The notes under the pieces: model-generated
Seen by the model: the letters and a program-made list of their open reading frames with translations, nothing else
Told to the model about the DNA's origin: nothing
Database searches by the model: none
Part shown: positions 31,307 to 40,422 of the stretch, in pieces
How positions within the stretch are numbered: the first letter of the stretch is position 1
Layout: each line of letters opens with the position of its first letter
Made by a program: the position numbers and the translations under genes
From: Spirulina sp.
GTDB lineage: Bacteria > Cyanobacteriota > Cyanobacteriia > Phormidesmidales > Phormidesmidaceae
Assembly (NCBI GenBank): GCA_044070495.1
Contig: JBIPSI010000016.1
Span: 32,001-96,000, forward strand
DNA length: 64,000 bases
Direction: 5' to 3'

Positions 31307-31487
31307 CCCTGACCCTAACCCGCTTGGATGATGCACAGCACCCATTCCTGTACCACTGGGCAGGGTTATAGCATCTTTGGCCTCGGCACCGAACGAGTTG
31401 TAAAGCAGTTCCAAGTCAGCCGCCAGTTCGACGATAGAGTAGTTGGAGCACAAACTCGCTCTCGCCTGGGGATTTAGGCCGATTTTC

Positions 31488-33149
31488 TCACTTTAGATAG
31501 GCCTGTGCCCAACCATATCGGGTCGGGTCTTTTTTAAGAAGGTATTCAACGACTTCTCTTCGTTTTGCCTTTTCCTTCGTCATTTTCACAATTCTTGCAA
31601 TTTCATCATCGGTATCATTAGCACCACGCTCTACAGCCAAATCAAACCACTGATCACCCTCAGTATATTCACCTCGGTCATAGTGAATAGCGCCCATAAG
31701 GGTGTATGGCTGGTGGCTTTCAGGCTGGCAATCCATGGCCTCAGCAGCGCAGTTTTCAGCATCTTTAAGCTGATCTAGGTCTCGGAATGCGGCTCCCCTT
31801 GTCACCCAAAGTGCTGATTTCAAGTCAGATTCTCGAACTTTTTGCCAGTTCACCTTTCGTGTGGAGTCGAGTGCCTTTTCAGATTCGTTTGCCTTGCGCC
31901 AATGGCTACTTGCGCTCGGTAAATTCCAGAGATTTCCTGTCCTCTGATATTCCTCCTCATAAAATATGGCCTCTAGCCTATGGTAGGCCATCGCTATCTT
32001 GCCATGTCGAGAAAGCTGATTTTCCTCGATGAGTTGAACAACCTGCTTAGGATCAAGGCGTTCTCCTCGCTCCAGCTTGAGCATGATTTCATAGAATGGA
32101 TCGACAGATAGGTTGCCAACAATTTGATACTTACGCTTTAAGAGCCTGAAATGAAAAGCCCTTGCAATCTTGGCTGTATCAAGAAGTTCTTTGCCTTCAA
32201 GCCAGTGAATATCAGCTTCGTTAATCTCCGAACCTGAATCCATGCCCTGAAGTATTCTAAATAGTCTGTCATCAGGTTCAGCATTTGGATATTGATTTGC
32301 TTGATATTTATCTTTTAAATCTTTGAAAAGCTGGATTTCTCTGCGGCGATGATTGATCTCTAGTAATGTATATAATCGTCGATCTTGAAGCCAGTTACAT
32401 TCGCTACCACTTAATACCTCCCCTTGATCTATTTTTTTCAAAATAGGATAAAGAAAGCTAGAATGTAATTTCTCCGGGAATGAGTATAGATCATATTTTT
32501 TCTTTAAATTAGAAAATTCTTCAATAGTCTTCTTTTCCTGTTCTTGATGCCAATAAATTTGTAGTGTTGCTTGAAATTCATGATCAGACAGCCAATCTTC
32601 TTCATCCGAGGATAGACTATCCTTCGTCGCCAGCTTCTTCAGGATTGAATAAAGAGGCTCTTCAGGAAAAATCCCAATGTGCTGAGTAGCTTTATAGGAG
32701 AGCTTCAGCTTCTTGAAGATTGATGCATTCTGAATGAGGGAAACTGTTTCTAATAGATTCTTATTTTGAAGAAAATTAACTTCTGATTTTCCAGGAGTCT
32801 CGCCAGATTCTACTCTCCAAAGAATAGAATAAACTGAACTAGAGGGAGGAAAATCAATCTCCTCTGGGATTTTAAATTTGCATTTTAAGCTTAGCAATTC
32901 AGCTTCTAGACGCTCTTGTTCTAATGACTGATATTCCTGTAGCGCAATCATTTCAGTCGTTGCAAGAAGACCGTTTTTAAGCATCCATCGCTTTTCCAAC
33001 TTTGTAATCTTGAGGCCTAGTTCGGCTTTCCTTAGTACAAAATATAGAAAATTGCTAGAAGCAGTAGCATGATCAGTATTAAAGGGGCTAACCTGATATT
33101 TCTTTTTCAGGGCAGAAAAATGCTTATTCCGCAGCTCACCATGATCCAT
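31488..33149 (-). CDS. AT-rich hypothetical protein: six tandem ~60-aa helical repeats plus C-terminal TPRs
   Basis: Repeat F..LK.KY...LY.IL.K...G..L...E..WL; TPR-like ALWVTRGAAFRDL and PYTLMGAIHYDRGEY. Confidence 0.75.
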   Translation of the reverse strand: MDHGELRNKHFSALKKKYQVSPFNTDHATASSNFLYFVLRKAELGLKITKLEKRWMLKNGLLATTEMIALQEYQSLEQERLEAELLSLKCKFKIPEEIDFPPSSSVYSILWRVESGETPGKSEVNFLQNKNLLETVSLIQNASIFKKLKLSYKATQHIGIFPEEPLYSILKKLATKDSLSSDEEDWLSDHEFQATLQIYWHQEQEKKTIEEFSNLKKKYDLYSFPEKLHSSFLYPILKKIDQGEVLSGSECNWLQDRRLYTLLEINHRRREIQLFKDLKDKYQANQYPNAEPDDRLFRILQGMDSGSEINEADIHWLEGKELLDTAKIARAFHFRLLKRKYQIVGNLSVDPFYEIMLKLERGERLDPKQVVQLIEENQLSRHGKIAMAYHRLEAIFYEEEYQRTGNLWNLPSASSHWRKANESEKALDSTRKVNWQKVRESDLKSALWVTRGAAFRDLDQLKDAENCAAEAMDCQPESHQPYTLMGAIHYDRGEYTEGDQWFDLAVERGANDTDDEIARIVKMTKEKAKRREVVEYLLKKDPTRYGWAQAYLK

Positions 33150-33225
33150 AGGGGAGATTCATCAATCCTTCAGTACATTAGGCTAGAGTACCCACAAAGT
33201 ACTGAAGGATCGACAAGCTAGCCAC

Positions 33226-33305
33226 AGACACTCCTGACCGCTAAGCTGGATGGCCCAATCTAGTTCCAAGGACTAGACCTCCAGCTTTAGCGATCAAGAG
33301 TGTCT
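33226..33305. terminator. Long inverted repeat directly downstream of argZ
   Basis: AGACACTCCTGACCGCTAAGCTGGA ... TCCAGCTTTAGCGATCAAGAGTGTCT. Confidence 0.55.
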
Positions 33306-33316
33306 ACTGAGGATCG

Positions 33317-35425
33317 CTAGGCCACCACATGGGGCTGAGTTAGCCGATCCAGTTGCTTCACCAGCAGGCTGAGGAACAGACCCACATCGGTGACCACCCC
33401 GGTGGATTCGAGGGAACCCCGGTCGGCCAGTTTGGTGACGACGGCGGGGTTGATGTCTACGCAGACCATCTTGACGCCAGCGGGGGTCATGTTACCCACG
33501 CCGATGGAGTGGAGCATGGTGGAGAACATCAGGATCATGTCGCAGCCTTCGATCAGGCGGGCGTAGTCGGATTGGGCTTCAATTAAGTCCATTTTGGTGT
33601 CGGGCAGGGGGCCGTCGTCGCGGATGGAACCCGCTAGGGAGAAGGGCACATTGTGCTTAACACATTCGTAGAACACGCCCTTGGTGAGGACGCCCTGCTC
33701 TACGGCGTTGGCAATGCTGCCGCAGCGGCGGATGCTGTTGATCGCCCGCAGGTGGTGACGGTGCCCCCCCCGCACCGATGTTCCCTGTTTCATATCGACA
33801 CCGAGGGAGGTACCCAGCATGGCCTGTTCGATGTCGTGGACGGCGATGGCGTTGCCACCGAGGAGACCCTGAACATAGCCCTCACGGATCAGGCGAGACA
33901 GGTGTTCGCCGCCCCCGGTGTGGATGACGACAGGGCCAGCCACCACGACGGCCTTGCCACCCTGATCCCGCAGACGGCGCAGTTCCCAGGCCACCTGTTC
34001 CACAATCAGTTCCACCCGCCGTTCGCTGGAGACGCCGGAACCCATGAAGCTGAATTCTTCCTGCTGGTGGGCGGTGCGGCTACGGTCGGCGGCACTGCGT
34101 ACACTGCGAATGCCGTCGTAGCCAACGATCACCTGATCGCCCACTTCTAAATCGCGCAGCAGCTTGCACACGGCGCTGGGCTGGGGCACGCAGTGAACCA
34201 CAATCACGCCGTCCATGCGCTGGTTCTGCACCCGCACCCACTGGCCACAAATGCGAACTTCGGTGGGGTAGATGGTGGAGCTATAGAAATCGTCGGGGGC
34301 GACTCCGGCCTGGGTGATGGCCACCAAACGGGCATCGATTTCTTCATCTGGGGGAGCTACGGCACCGAGGTCGATGAGCTGGGCCATGATCTCATCCATC
34401 ACCTCCTGGCTGGGGGCGGAGACGCGGATGTCTGCGGTGGAGGTGCTTTGGCGCTGTTCGCCCAGGTCAAACTTGAGCACTTGGAAGCTGCCGCCGCCTT
34501 CCACCACGCGATCCAGCGCCCGGTTCACCAGGCCAGAATCCAGCAGGTGTCCGGTCATGGTGACGGTGCGGGAGATGATGCCGCCGAGGCCCGTGGGTTC
34601 GGGGTGGACGGGTTCGTTGACCCGCAGGGTGAGGCATTTGGCCGCGCCGCCTGCTTTGAGGAATTCGGTGAGGGGCGTTTCCACCACCTCAAAGCCCACC
34701 GCCGCCAGTTGGGCCTTCAGGTCGTCGCTGGCCTGGTTCATGATCACCGTCTGGCCGACGTTGACGGCGTTGCAGGCAAAGTTGATGGCATCGGGTTCAT
34801 CAATGGCGATGCGCTTTTCAGCGGGCACCCGCATTTCGATCAAACGGTTGGAGTAGGAATCGAACGCCGGGGGATAGTACAGCAAATAGCCGCCTGTGAG
34901 GGGACAGAAGCAGGTATCCAAATGATAGAAGCGCTCGTCCATTAGGTGCAGCGACAGCACCTCGATGCCTAGCCACTCCGCCACTAGGGCATGGGAATCC
35001 AGCTCGGTGCGGAAGCCGTAGCCCGCCCACAGCCAGCGGCCTTCTCGATCTAACAGGGCATCGCCAGCCCCTTCAAAGGGTAGGTCGGGGGGCAGAACGT
35101 GGACAGTGTGGCCCTGGGCCTCGAACCACTCTTTAAAGAAGGGCTCTTCGCCCTGGCGTTCGGGGTGCAAAAAGCGGCTCAGCACCACCTGATCCCCCAG
35201 AATCAGCCCCGCATTGGCGGTGAACACCATATCCGGCCAGCCCGGTTGAGGCTTGACCAAATCCACATTGGCCCGCTCGGAAATTTTTTGGTATAGCCCA
35301 TGCCATTGCTCCTGGGCGCGTTCCAGCGAAGACTTGTGAACGTTGCCCTCCATCCAGGGGTTAATCACATAGTCCACTTCGTAAAATTGAGGCGAACACA
35401 TCAGAAAGCGAAGGTCGGAAGTCAT
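33317..35425 (-). CDS. argZ: Arginine dihydrolase ArgZ (amidinotransferase + LOR/SDH domains)
   Basis: FLMC.P..YEVDYVINPWM, PDMVFTANAG, FEGAGD, YHLDTCF, GGAAKCLTL; C-terminal GNAIAVHDIE and GSIRDDGPLP. Confidence 0.93.
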   Translation of the reverse strand: MTSDLRFLMCSPQFYEVDYVINPWMEGNVHKSSLERAQEQWHGLYQKISERANVDLVKPQPGWPDMVFTANAGLILGDQVVLSRFLHPERQGEEPFFKEWFEAQGHTVHVLPPDLPFEGAGDALLDREGRWLWAGYGFRTELDSHALVAEWLGIEVLSLHLMDERFYHLDTCFCPLTGGYLLYYPPAFDSYSNRLIEMRVPAEKRIAIDEPDAINFACNAVNVGQTVIMNQASDDLKAQLAAVGFEVVETPLTEFLKAGGAAKCLTLRVNEPVHPEPTGLGGIISRTVTMTGHLLDSGLVNRALDRVVEGGGSFQVLKFDLGEQRQSTSTADIRVSAPSQEVMDEIMAQLIDLGAVAPPDEEIDARLVAITQAGVAPDDFYSSTIYPTEVRICGQWVRVQNQRMDGVIVVHCVPQPSAVCKLLRDLEVGDQVIVGYDGIRSVRSAADRSRTAHQQEEFSFMGSGVSSERRVELIVEQVAWELRRLRDQGGKAVVVAGPVVIHTGGGEHLSRLIREGYVQGLLGGNAIAVHDIEQAMLGTSLGVDMKQGTSVRGGHRHHLRAINSIRRCGSIANAVEQGVLTKGVFYECVKHNVPFSLAGSIRDDGPLPDTKMDLIEAQSDYARLIEGCDMILMFSTMLHSIGVGNMTPAGVKMVCVDINPAVVTKLADRGSLESTGVVTDVGLFLSLLVKQLDRLTQPHVVA

Positions 35426-35732
35426 AGGGGTGATGCTGAACTAGAACGAAGGACAGGCGGCGATTTGGTCACTGGGCTGGATCAGGGGCGGACGGCTATG
35501 GGCCGCAGCGCAGCCGCCTGATTCAGGAGATGTCCTCTCGCAAGGGAGGCAACATCATATTCTAGCCCTCTACTTCGGTGGTTCGCTGGCTTGTTGGCAA
35601 TCCCTAACATCGAGGGAACGGCGACTTGGCAATCCTCATCCCAGACCAGCCCCTAGCCTGGAATTGAGGCGCGGGGTGTCAACAGCCGATAAGCTAGAAA
35701 CGGTTTTTGTTTCCGCTTGCCGAGGTGTTTTT

Positions 35733-36713
35733 GTGATTGCGTCCCCCCAGGGATCCTCGTCCCGCCTGCGATTTCGCCAAACCCCGCTGCGTTGGCTCTA
35801 TGCCCTCTGGAAATTTTGGCGACCCCATACCGTCATCGGCACCAGCCTCAGCGTGCTTGGCCTGACGGTGATTGTCTTGGCGGGGCTAGATGCCTCTCTG
35901 AGGCCACCACTGGGGGCACTTACTCCCCTGGTGGGGGTCGCCCTGCTGGCCTGCCTCTTGGGGAACCTCTATATCGTGGGACTCAACCAACTGGAAGACA
36001 TCGCCATTGACCGCATCAACAAGCCCCACTTGCCCCTGGCGGCGGGGGAATTTTCGGTGGGGGATGGCCGCTGGATTGTGGCCCTGGCGGGCCTAGGCTC
36101 CTTGGGTTTGGCGCTGGTTGGAGGGTTGTGGTTACTGGCCACGGTGGGGCTGAGCCTCGCCATCGGTACCGCCTACTCTCTACCGCCCCTGCGGCTAAAG
36201 CGGTTTCCCTTCTGGGCTTCCTTTTGCATTTTGGCGGTACGGGGGGCAGTGGTCAACCTGGGCCTGTTTTTGCACTTCAGCGAACGCCTAGGGCAACCCT
36301 TCGCCATCCCCGGTCGGGTGTGGGCCTTGACGGCGTTTATTCTGCTGTTTAGCATCGCCATCGCCTTATTTAAGGATATTCCCGACATCGAAGGCGACCG
36401 TCGCTACGGCATCCGAACCTTTTCGGTAGACCTCGGCCAGCGTCCGGTCTTCAACTTGGCCAGGGGCATTCTCACGGTCTGCTACCTGGGCGTTGTTTTC
36501 GCGGCCCCTTGGCTAGCGGGGGTGAACCCAATTTTCCTCATCGCCACCCACCTCCTGGCCCTCGCCGCCCTGTGGATCGCCAGCTTCCGCGTCGCCCCCC
36601 TCCATCCCAACAACCCCAGGGCCACCCTCTCCTACCCCAACTTCTACCAATTCATCTGGAAACTCTTCTTCCTGCAATACCTGATCTTCCCCCTAGCCTG
36701 CTGGCTCGCCTAA
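35733..36713 (+). CDS. hpt: Homogentisate phytyltransferase (UbiA family)
   Basis: FWRPHTVIGT, YIVGLNQLEDIAIDRINKPHLPLA, KDIPDIEGD, FYQFIWKLF. Start uncertain. Confidence 0.92.
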   Translation: MIASPQGSSSRLRFRQTPLRWLYALWKFWRPHTVIGTSLSVLGLTVIVLAGLDASLRPPLGALTPLVGVALLACLLGNLYIVGLNQLEDIAIDRINKPHLPLAAGEFSVGDGRWIVALAGLGSLGLALVGGLWLLATVGLSLAIGTAYSLPPLRLKRFPFWASFCILAVRGAVVNLGLFLHFSERLGQPFAIPGRVWALTAFILLFSIAIALFKDIPDIEGDRRYGIRTFSVDLGQRPVFNLARGILTVCYLGVVFAAPWLAGVNPIFLIATHLLALAALWIASFRVAPLHPNNPRATLSYPNFYQFIWKLFFLQYLIFPLACWLA

Positions 36714-36768
36714 CCCCCACCCCTCACGCCCCCATCCCCACCCTCCCCACCATCCCCACCCTCCCCCC

Positions 36769-37908
36769 ATGCCCATCTACGACTGCATCATCGTCGGCGC
36801 TGGCCCCGCCGGATCCACCGCTGCCTACCACCTCAGCCGTGCTGGCCATCGGGTGCTGCTCGTAGAAGCCGCTACCCTGCCCCGCTACAAGCCCTGCGGC
36901 GGTGGCGTATCGCCCCAAATTGCCGAATGGTTTGACTTCGACTTCACCCCGGCCATTTCCATCAAGGTGCGGAGGGTGCGCTACACCCTCAACCTGCAAG
37001 ACCCGGTGGAGGCCGAACTACCGGAGGAACGGGCGCTGTGGATGGTGCGGCGCGACCAGTTTGATCACTTCATCGTGCAGCAGGCCCAACGCCAAGGGGC
37101 TACCCTGTGGGACGGCACCAAGGCCAAGGGCATTGAATCTACGGGCGACACCTGGCGCGTTCTCACCAGCCAAGGCACCGTGGAAGGCAAGTTTCTGATC
37201 GCCGCCGATGGATCGCGGGGGTCGATGGCCAAGTGGCTAGGGTTTACCCAGCGTCGCTATCGCCTCGCCGCCGCCATTGAAATTGAGCCACGTCTAGCAG
37301 TGCCCAGCGAACCCGTCATTCATTTTGATTTGGGCCTGCTCAAACAGGGCTATCTGTGGAACTTTCCCAAGGCCGATGGCTACTCCATTGGCGGGGGGGT
37401 GTTTCGGTCGGGCGACCAGCGCAAACAAGACCTACGCGCCCCCGTGGCCGACTATGCCGCCGAATTTGAGGTGGATGCCAAGGCCGTACAACCCTTTGGC
37501 CACCCAATTTTTATTTGGGATGGGCCGCAACCCCTACATACCCACCGTGCCCTGCTGGCCGGGGAAGCCGCCTGTGTGGTGGATCCCTTCACCGCCGAGG
37601 GCATTCGGCCCTCCATCTTCAGCGGGATGAAGGCCGCCGAGGCCGTTTCCCAAGCCCTAGCAGGGGATGACCAAGCCCTGCCCCACTACAGCGACACCAT
37701 GAACCGCGAATGGGGCGAAGAGATGCGCTGGGCCAAACGCCTCGCCCAGGTGGTCTACCAAGCGCCAGGGCTGGCCTATCGCCTGGCGGTAAAACGGCCC
37801 TCCAGCACCCTCACCATGGCCCAAATTTTTGCGGGAGAAGTACGCTACGCCGACGTGGTTCACCGTGCCGTTCAGCGCTTGCTTCGCCCGTCGTTTATGG
37901 GGGATTGA
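36769..37908 (+). CDS. Geranylgeranyl reductase family FAD oxidoreductase
   Basis: GAGPAG, PRYKPCGGG, IAADG, GYLWNFPK, DPFTAEGI. Confidence 0.88.
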   Translation: MPIYDCIIVGAGPAGSTAAYHLSRAGHRVLLVEAATLPRYKPCGGGVSPQIAEWFDFDFTPAISIKVRRVRYTLNLQDPVEAELPEERALWMVRRDQFDHFIVQQAQRQGATLWDGTKAKGIESTGDTWRVLTSQGTVEGKFLIAADGSRGSMAKWLGFTQRRYRLAAAIEIEPRLAVPSEPVIHFDLGLLKQGYLWNFPKADGYSIGGGVFRSGDQRKQDLRAPVADYAAEFEVDAKAVQPFGHPIFIWDGPQPLHTHRALLAGEAACVVDPFTAEGIRPSIFSGMKAAEAVSQALAGDDQALPHYSDTMNREWGEEMRWAKRLAQVVYQAPGLAYRLAVKRPSSTLTMAQIFAGEVRYADVVHRAVQRLLRPSFMGD

Positions 37909-38020
37909 ACCCGAAAATTACTTTTATATTCAAAATAAAACCCTGGTGTGCGGCAAGATTATCGTAGACCTAGACCCGCCCCCAGATTTAGCCCTAGACA
38001 TTGACCTCAATAGCACATTC
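37901..38020 (+). pseudogene. Internal fragment of a Uma2 endonuclease gene
   Basis: GIEPENYFYIQNKTLVCGKIIVDLDPPPDLALDIDLNS aligns with GIEPDNCFYIQNEALVRGKLTLDLDQDPPPDLALEIDLTS of the intact copy (about 39995-40120). Confidence 0.85.
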
Positions 38021-38052
38021 ATTTTAATAGAAGAACAGCAGTCATGCGATAG

Positions 38053-38089
38053 CCAGAACCCCGGCTTCTTCGAGAAGCCGGGGTTCTGG
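38053..38089. repeat. Palindromic repeat family (copies at 38053, 38145, 38775, 40382, about 48397)
   Basis: CCAGAACCCCGGCTTCT-TCG-AGAAGCCGGGGTTCTGG; related AGATCCCAGGGTTCT...AGAACCCTGGGATCT copies. Confidence 0.85.
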
Positions 38090-38095
38090 TGCAAA

Positions 38096-38753
38096 GTATA
38101 TAACTATTCCGAAATCAGCCTCTCGGCAGGGTGATCAGAATTAGAGATCCCAGGGTTCTTAAAGAACCCTGGGATCTGAGTTTCCAACTATTCCGAAATT
38201 AGTCCTTCGATAGGGAGTGGCTCAGGAATCACGGCAGATTGTGTTGGTCACTCCGTTTCCAACTATTCCGAAATTAGCCATTCGGTAGGGTTGCTTGCCA
38301 GTTCGCTTGGTATTGCTAACGGTGCAATTGCCCAAGTTTCCAACTATTCCGAAATTAGCCCTTCGGTAGGGCAGATCAGGCCAAGGTGCGCAAGCACTAC
38401 GGTATCACGTTGTTTCCAACTATTCCGAAATTAGCCCTTCGGTAGGGCTACTTCGTCATGCACGTCGTCTTGCTTACCTGACCTCAGGAGTTTCCAACTA
38501 TTCCGAAATTAGCCCTTCGGTAGGGGCTGAACAACAAACCTTGACAGGAGAACAGCAAAACAAGTTTCCAACTATTCCGAAATTAGCCATTCGGTAGGGG
38601 GTAAGAGCAAGGTATTAACGACTCTGGCAACTCCGAGTAGTTCCCAACTATTCCGAAATTAGCCCTTCGGTAGGGACCTGATGCTAACGCGACCAATATC
38701 CTTGGTCTTTTTGCTTGGTTTCCAACTATTCCGAAATTAGCCCTTCGGTAGGG
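38096..38753 (-). CRISPR. CRISPR array 1: 8 repeats plus 1 degenerate terminal repeat
   Basis: 36-bp repeat GTTTCCAACTATTCCGAAATTAGCCCTTCGGTAGGG (+ strand) at 38180, 38255, 38336, 38412, 38490, 38564, 38640, 38718; degenerate copy at 38096. The minus-strand form ends in GAAAC and degeneracy lies at the left end. Confidence 0.97.
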
Positions 38754-38895
38754 GTTGAGAATGATTGGTTTGCCAGATCCCAGGGTTCTTCGAGAACCCT
38801 GGGATCTTCTATCCGCAAAATCTCGCTTCATCACAAAGCTGTGCCAGTGCCAGCGCTCTCTTCTATCATACAAAGCGTTCTTGCCTATCATCACC

Positions 38896-39600
38896 ATGGC
38901 TTGGCTTATCTCCCTGCTGGCCCAAACCCCACCCGCCAGCCAAATCGACCTTCTCACCCAGCAGATCGAATTTCTGCAAGATGCCAACTCGCGGATGGCC
39001 GATAGCTTTGGCCAATTCGTCACCCTGGTCAACGTAGCGATTACCCTGGTGGTGGCGTTTATCGGTATCTTGGGGTTCAGTACGCGCCGAGAAATTAAGC
39101 AATCTCTGGATGGCTTAGTGCGGGCCGAGGTGAAAAAGCAGTTGGCCAACACCGTTAAAGCCCAGGTTGAAGACTTGGAGCGCATTATTTTGCGCGAAGC
39201 CGTGGTGGGCCAAACCCAGGTCGATTACCTGCTGCCCATCAGCCCCAGCCCCACCCCCACCGCCGAATATCAACTGCTGAAGGCGAGGGGGTTTCAAATG
39301 GCCTGGATGCCCTACGACCCCGAACGTCGCTATGGCAACAGCCATGTCCTCATCCTCGATTTGCTCACCCCCGACCTCGCCCCAGAACGCCGGGAGGCTC
39401 TCATCACCGACCTCGGCCAACGGCTGCAACACCTCACGAGGCCGCCCGTTCTGGTCATCTATGTGCGGGGGCAGAGCCAAGCTATCACCGATCTCCCCAA
39501 GGCGTTGTACTACATCCCCGTCAACAGCCGGGGCACCCTCCTAGGAGCCGTAACCGATGCGGCCCAGATTGCCTACGCCCTTCGCCAACCCGCCACCTAG
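38896..39600 (+). CDS. Membrane protein: TM helix + coiled coil + Rossmann/REC-like domain; candidate type III effector
   Basis: TM FVTLVNVAITLVVAFIGILGF; C-terminal beta-alpha pattern HVLILDLL..., PVLVIYVRG, YIPVNSRGTL; lies between the two arrays. Confidence 0.65.
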   Translation: MAWLISLLAQTPPASQIDLLTQQIEFLQDANSRMADSFGQFVTLVNVAITLVVAFIGILGFSTRREIKQSLDGLVRAEVKKQLANTVKAQVEDLERIILREAVVGQTQVDYLLPISPSPTPTAEYQLLKARGFQMAWMPYDPERRYGNSHVLILDLLTPDLAPERREALITDLGQRLQHLTRPPVLVIYVRGQSQAITDLPKALYYIPVNSRGTLLGAVTDAAQIAYALRQPAT

Positions 39601-39709
39601 GGAACGGCGGTGGGGCGGGTGGCCAAGGAAGACCAGGACGGGAGGACTATCATAGGGGGTAGCACTGGCACCGCCCCCGACGGGCATTTCCAAGAGAGCG
39701 TATTTACCG

Positions 39710-40357
39710 ATGGTTACGATTCAACTTCGGCAATTAGAGGTACCCCCAGGGCAGCGTCTGGTGCTGCGCGATGTAAGCTGGGCCGAGTTTAATGCCATTT
39801 TGGCGGAATTGGGGGAGCAACGCAGCACCCGCATTGCCTACGACCACGGACTGTTAGAGATTATGGCCCCTTTACCCGAACACGAGTATTTTAAGGAAAC
39901 CATGGGTGATGCGGTTAAAGATATTAGTGAAGAACTAGATTTAGATTACGAAAGTTATGGGTCTACCACCTGGAGAAAGCAGGCGGCCCAGGCTGGCATA
40001 GAACCCGACAATTGCTTTTATATTCAAAACGAAGCCCTGGTACGCGGCAAACTTACCTTAGACCTAGACCAAGATCCACCCCCAGATTTAGCCCTAGAAA
40101 TTGATCTCACTAGCAAATCGATCCATCGGTTTTCGATCTATGCGCGGCTAGGCATACCCGAAATTTGGTGCTACGACCAAGGCCAACTGACGGTCTACCG
40201 TTTGCAATCTGGAGCCTATCAATCGGTGGCCCAAAGTCTGGTTTTTCCGATGCTTAAGGTACAGGAATTGCCCCACCTAATTGAAGCCCACCGCACCCAA
40301 GGACGGCTGGCCCTACGCCGAGCGGTGAGAGCCTGGGTGAGGGAGCAGATTCAATAA
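39710..40357 (+). CDS. Uma2 family (DUF820) endonuclease-like protein
   Basis: LEIMAPLPEHE, GSTTWR, EPD.CFY, PPPDLALEIDLTS, YARLGIPEIW. Confidence 0.93.
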   Translation: MVTIQLRQLEVPPGQRLVLRDVSWAEFNAILAELGEQRSTRIAYDHGLLEIMAPLPEHEYFKETMGDAVKDISEELDLDYESYGSTTWRKQAAQAGIEPDNCFYIQNEALVRGKLTLDLDQDPPPDLALEIDLTSKSIHRFSIYARLGIPEIWCYDQGQLTVYRLQSGAYQSVAQSLVFPMLKVQELPHLIEAHRTQGRLALRRAVRAWVREQIQ

Positions 40358-40422
40358 GAAAATAGCGATTATTCGACAGAAAGAACCCCGGTTTCCTGAA
40401 GAAACCGGGGCTTTAGTGCGAA

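Noticed and set aside
36714..36768. C-rich CCCCACCCT-like tract (and G-rich tract 63662-63717)
   Set aside because: Ordinary cyanobacterial short tandem intergenic repeats; not CRISPR-like.
39710..40357. Uma2 gene as the CRISPR effector nuclease
   Set aside because: Uma2 paralogues are very abundant in cyanobacteria, and this one has no sensor domain and lacks the Lys of the (D/E)xK motif (LEID).
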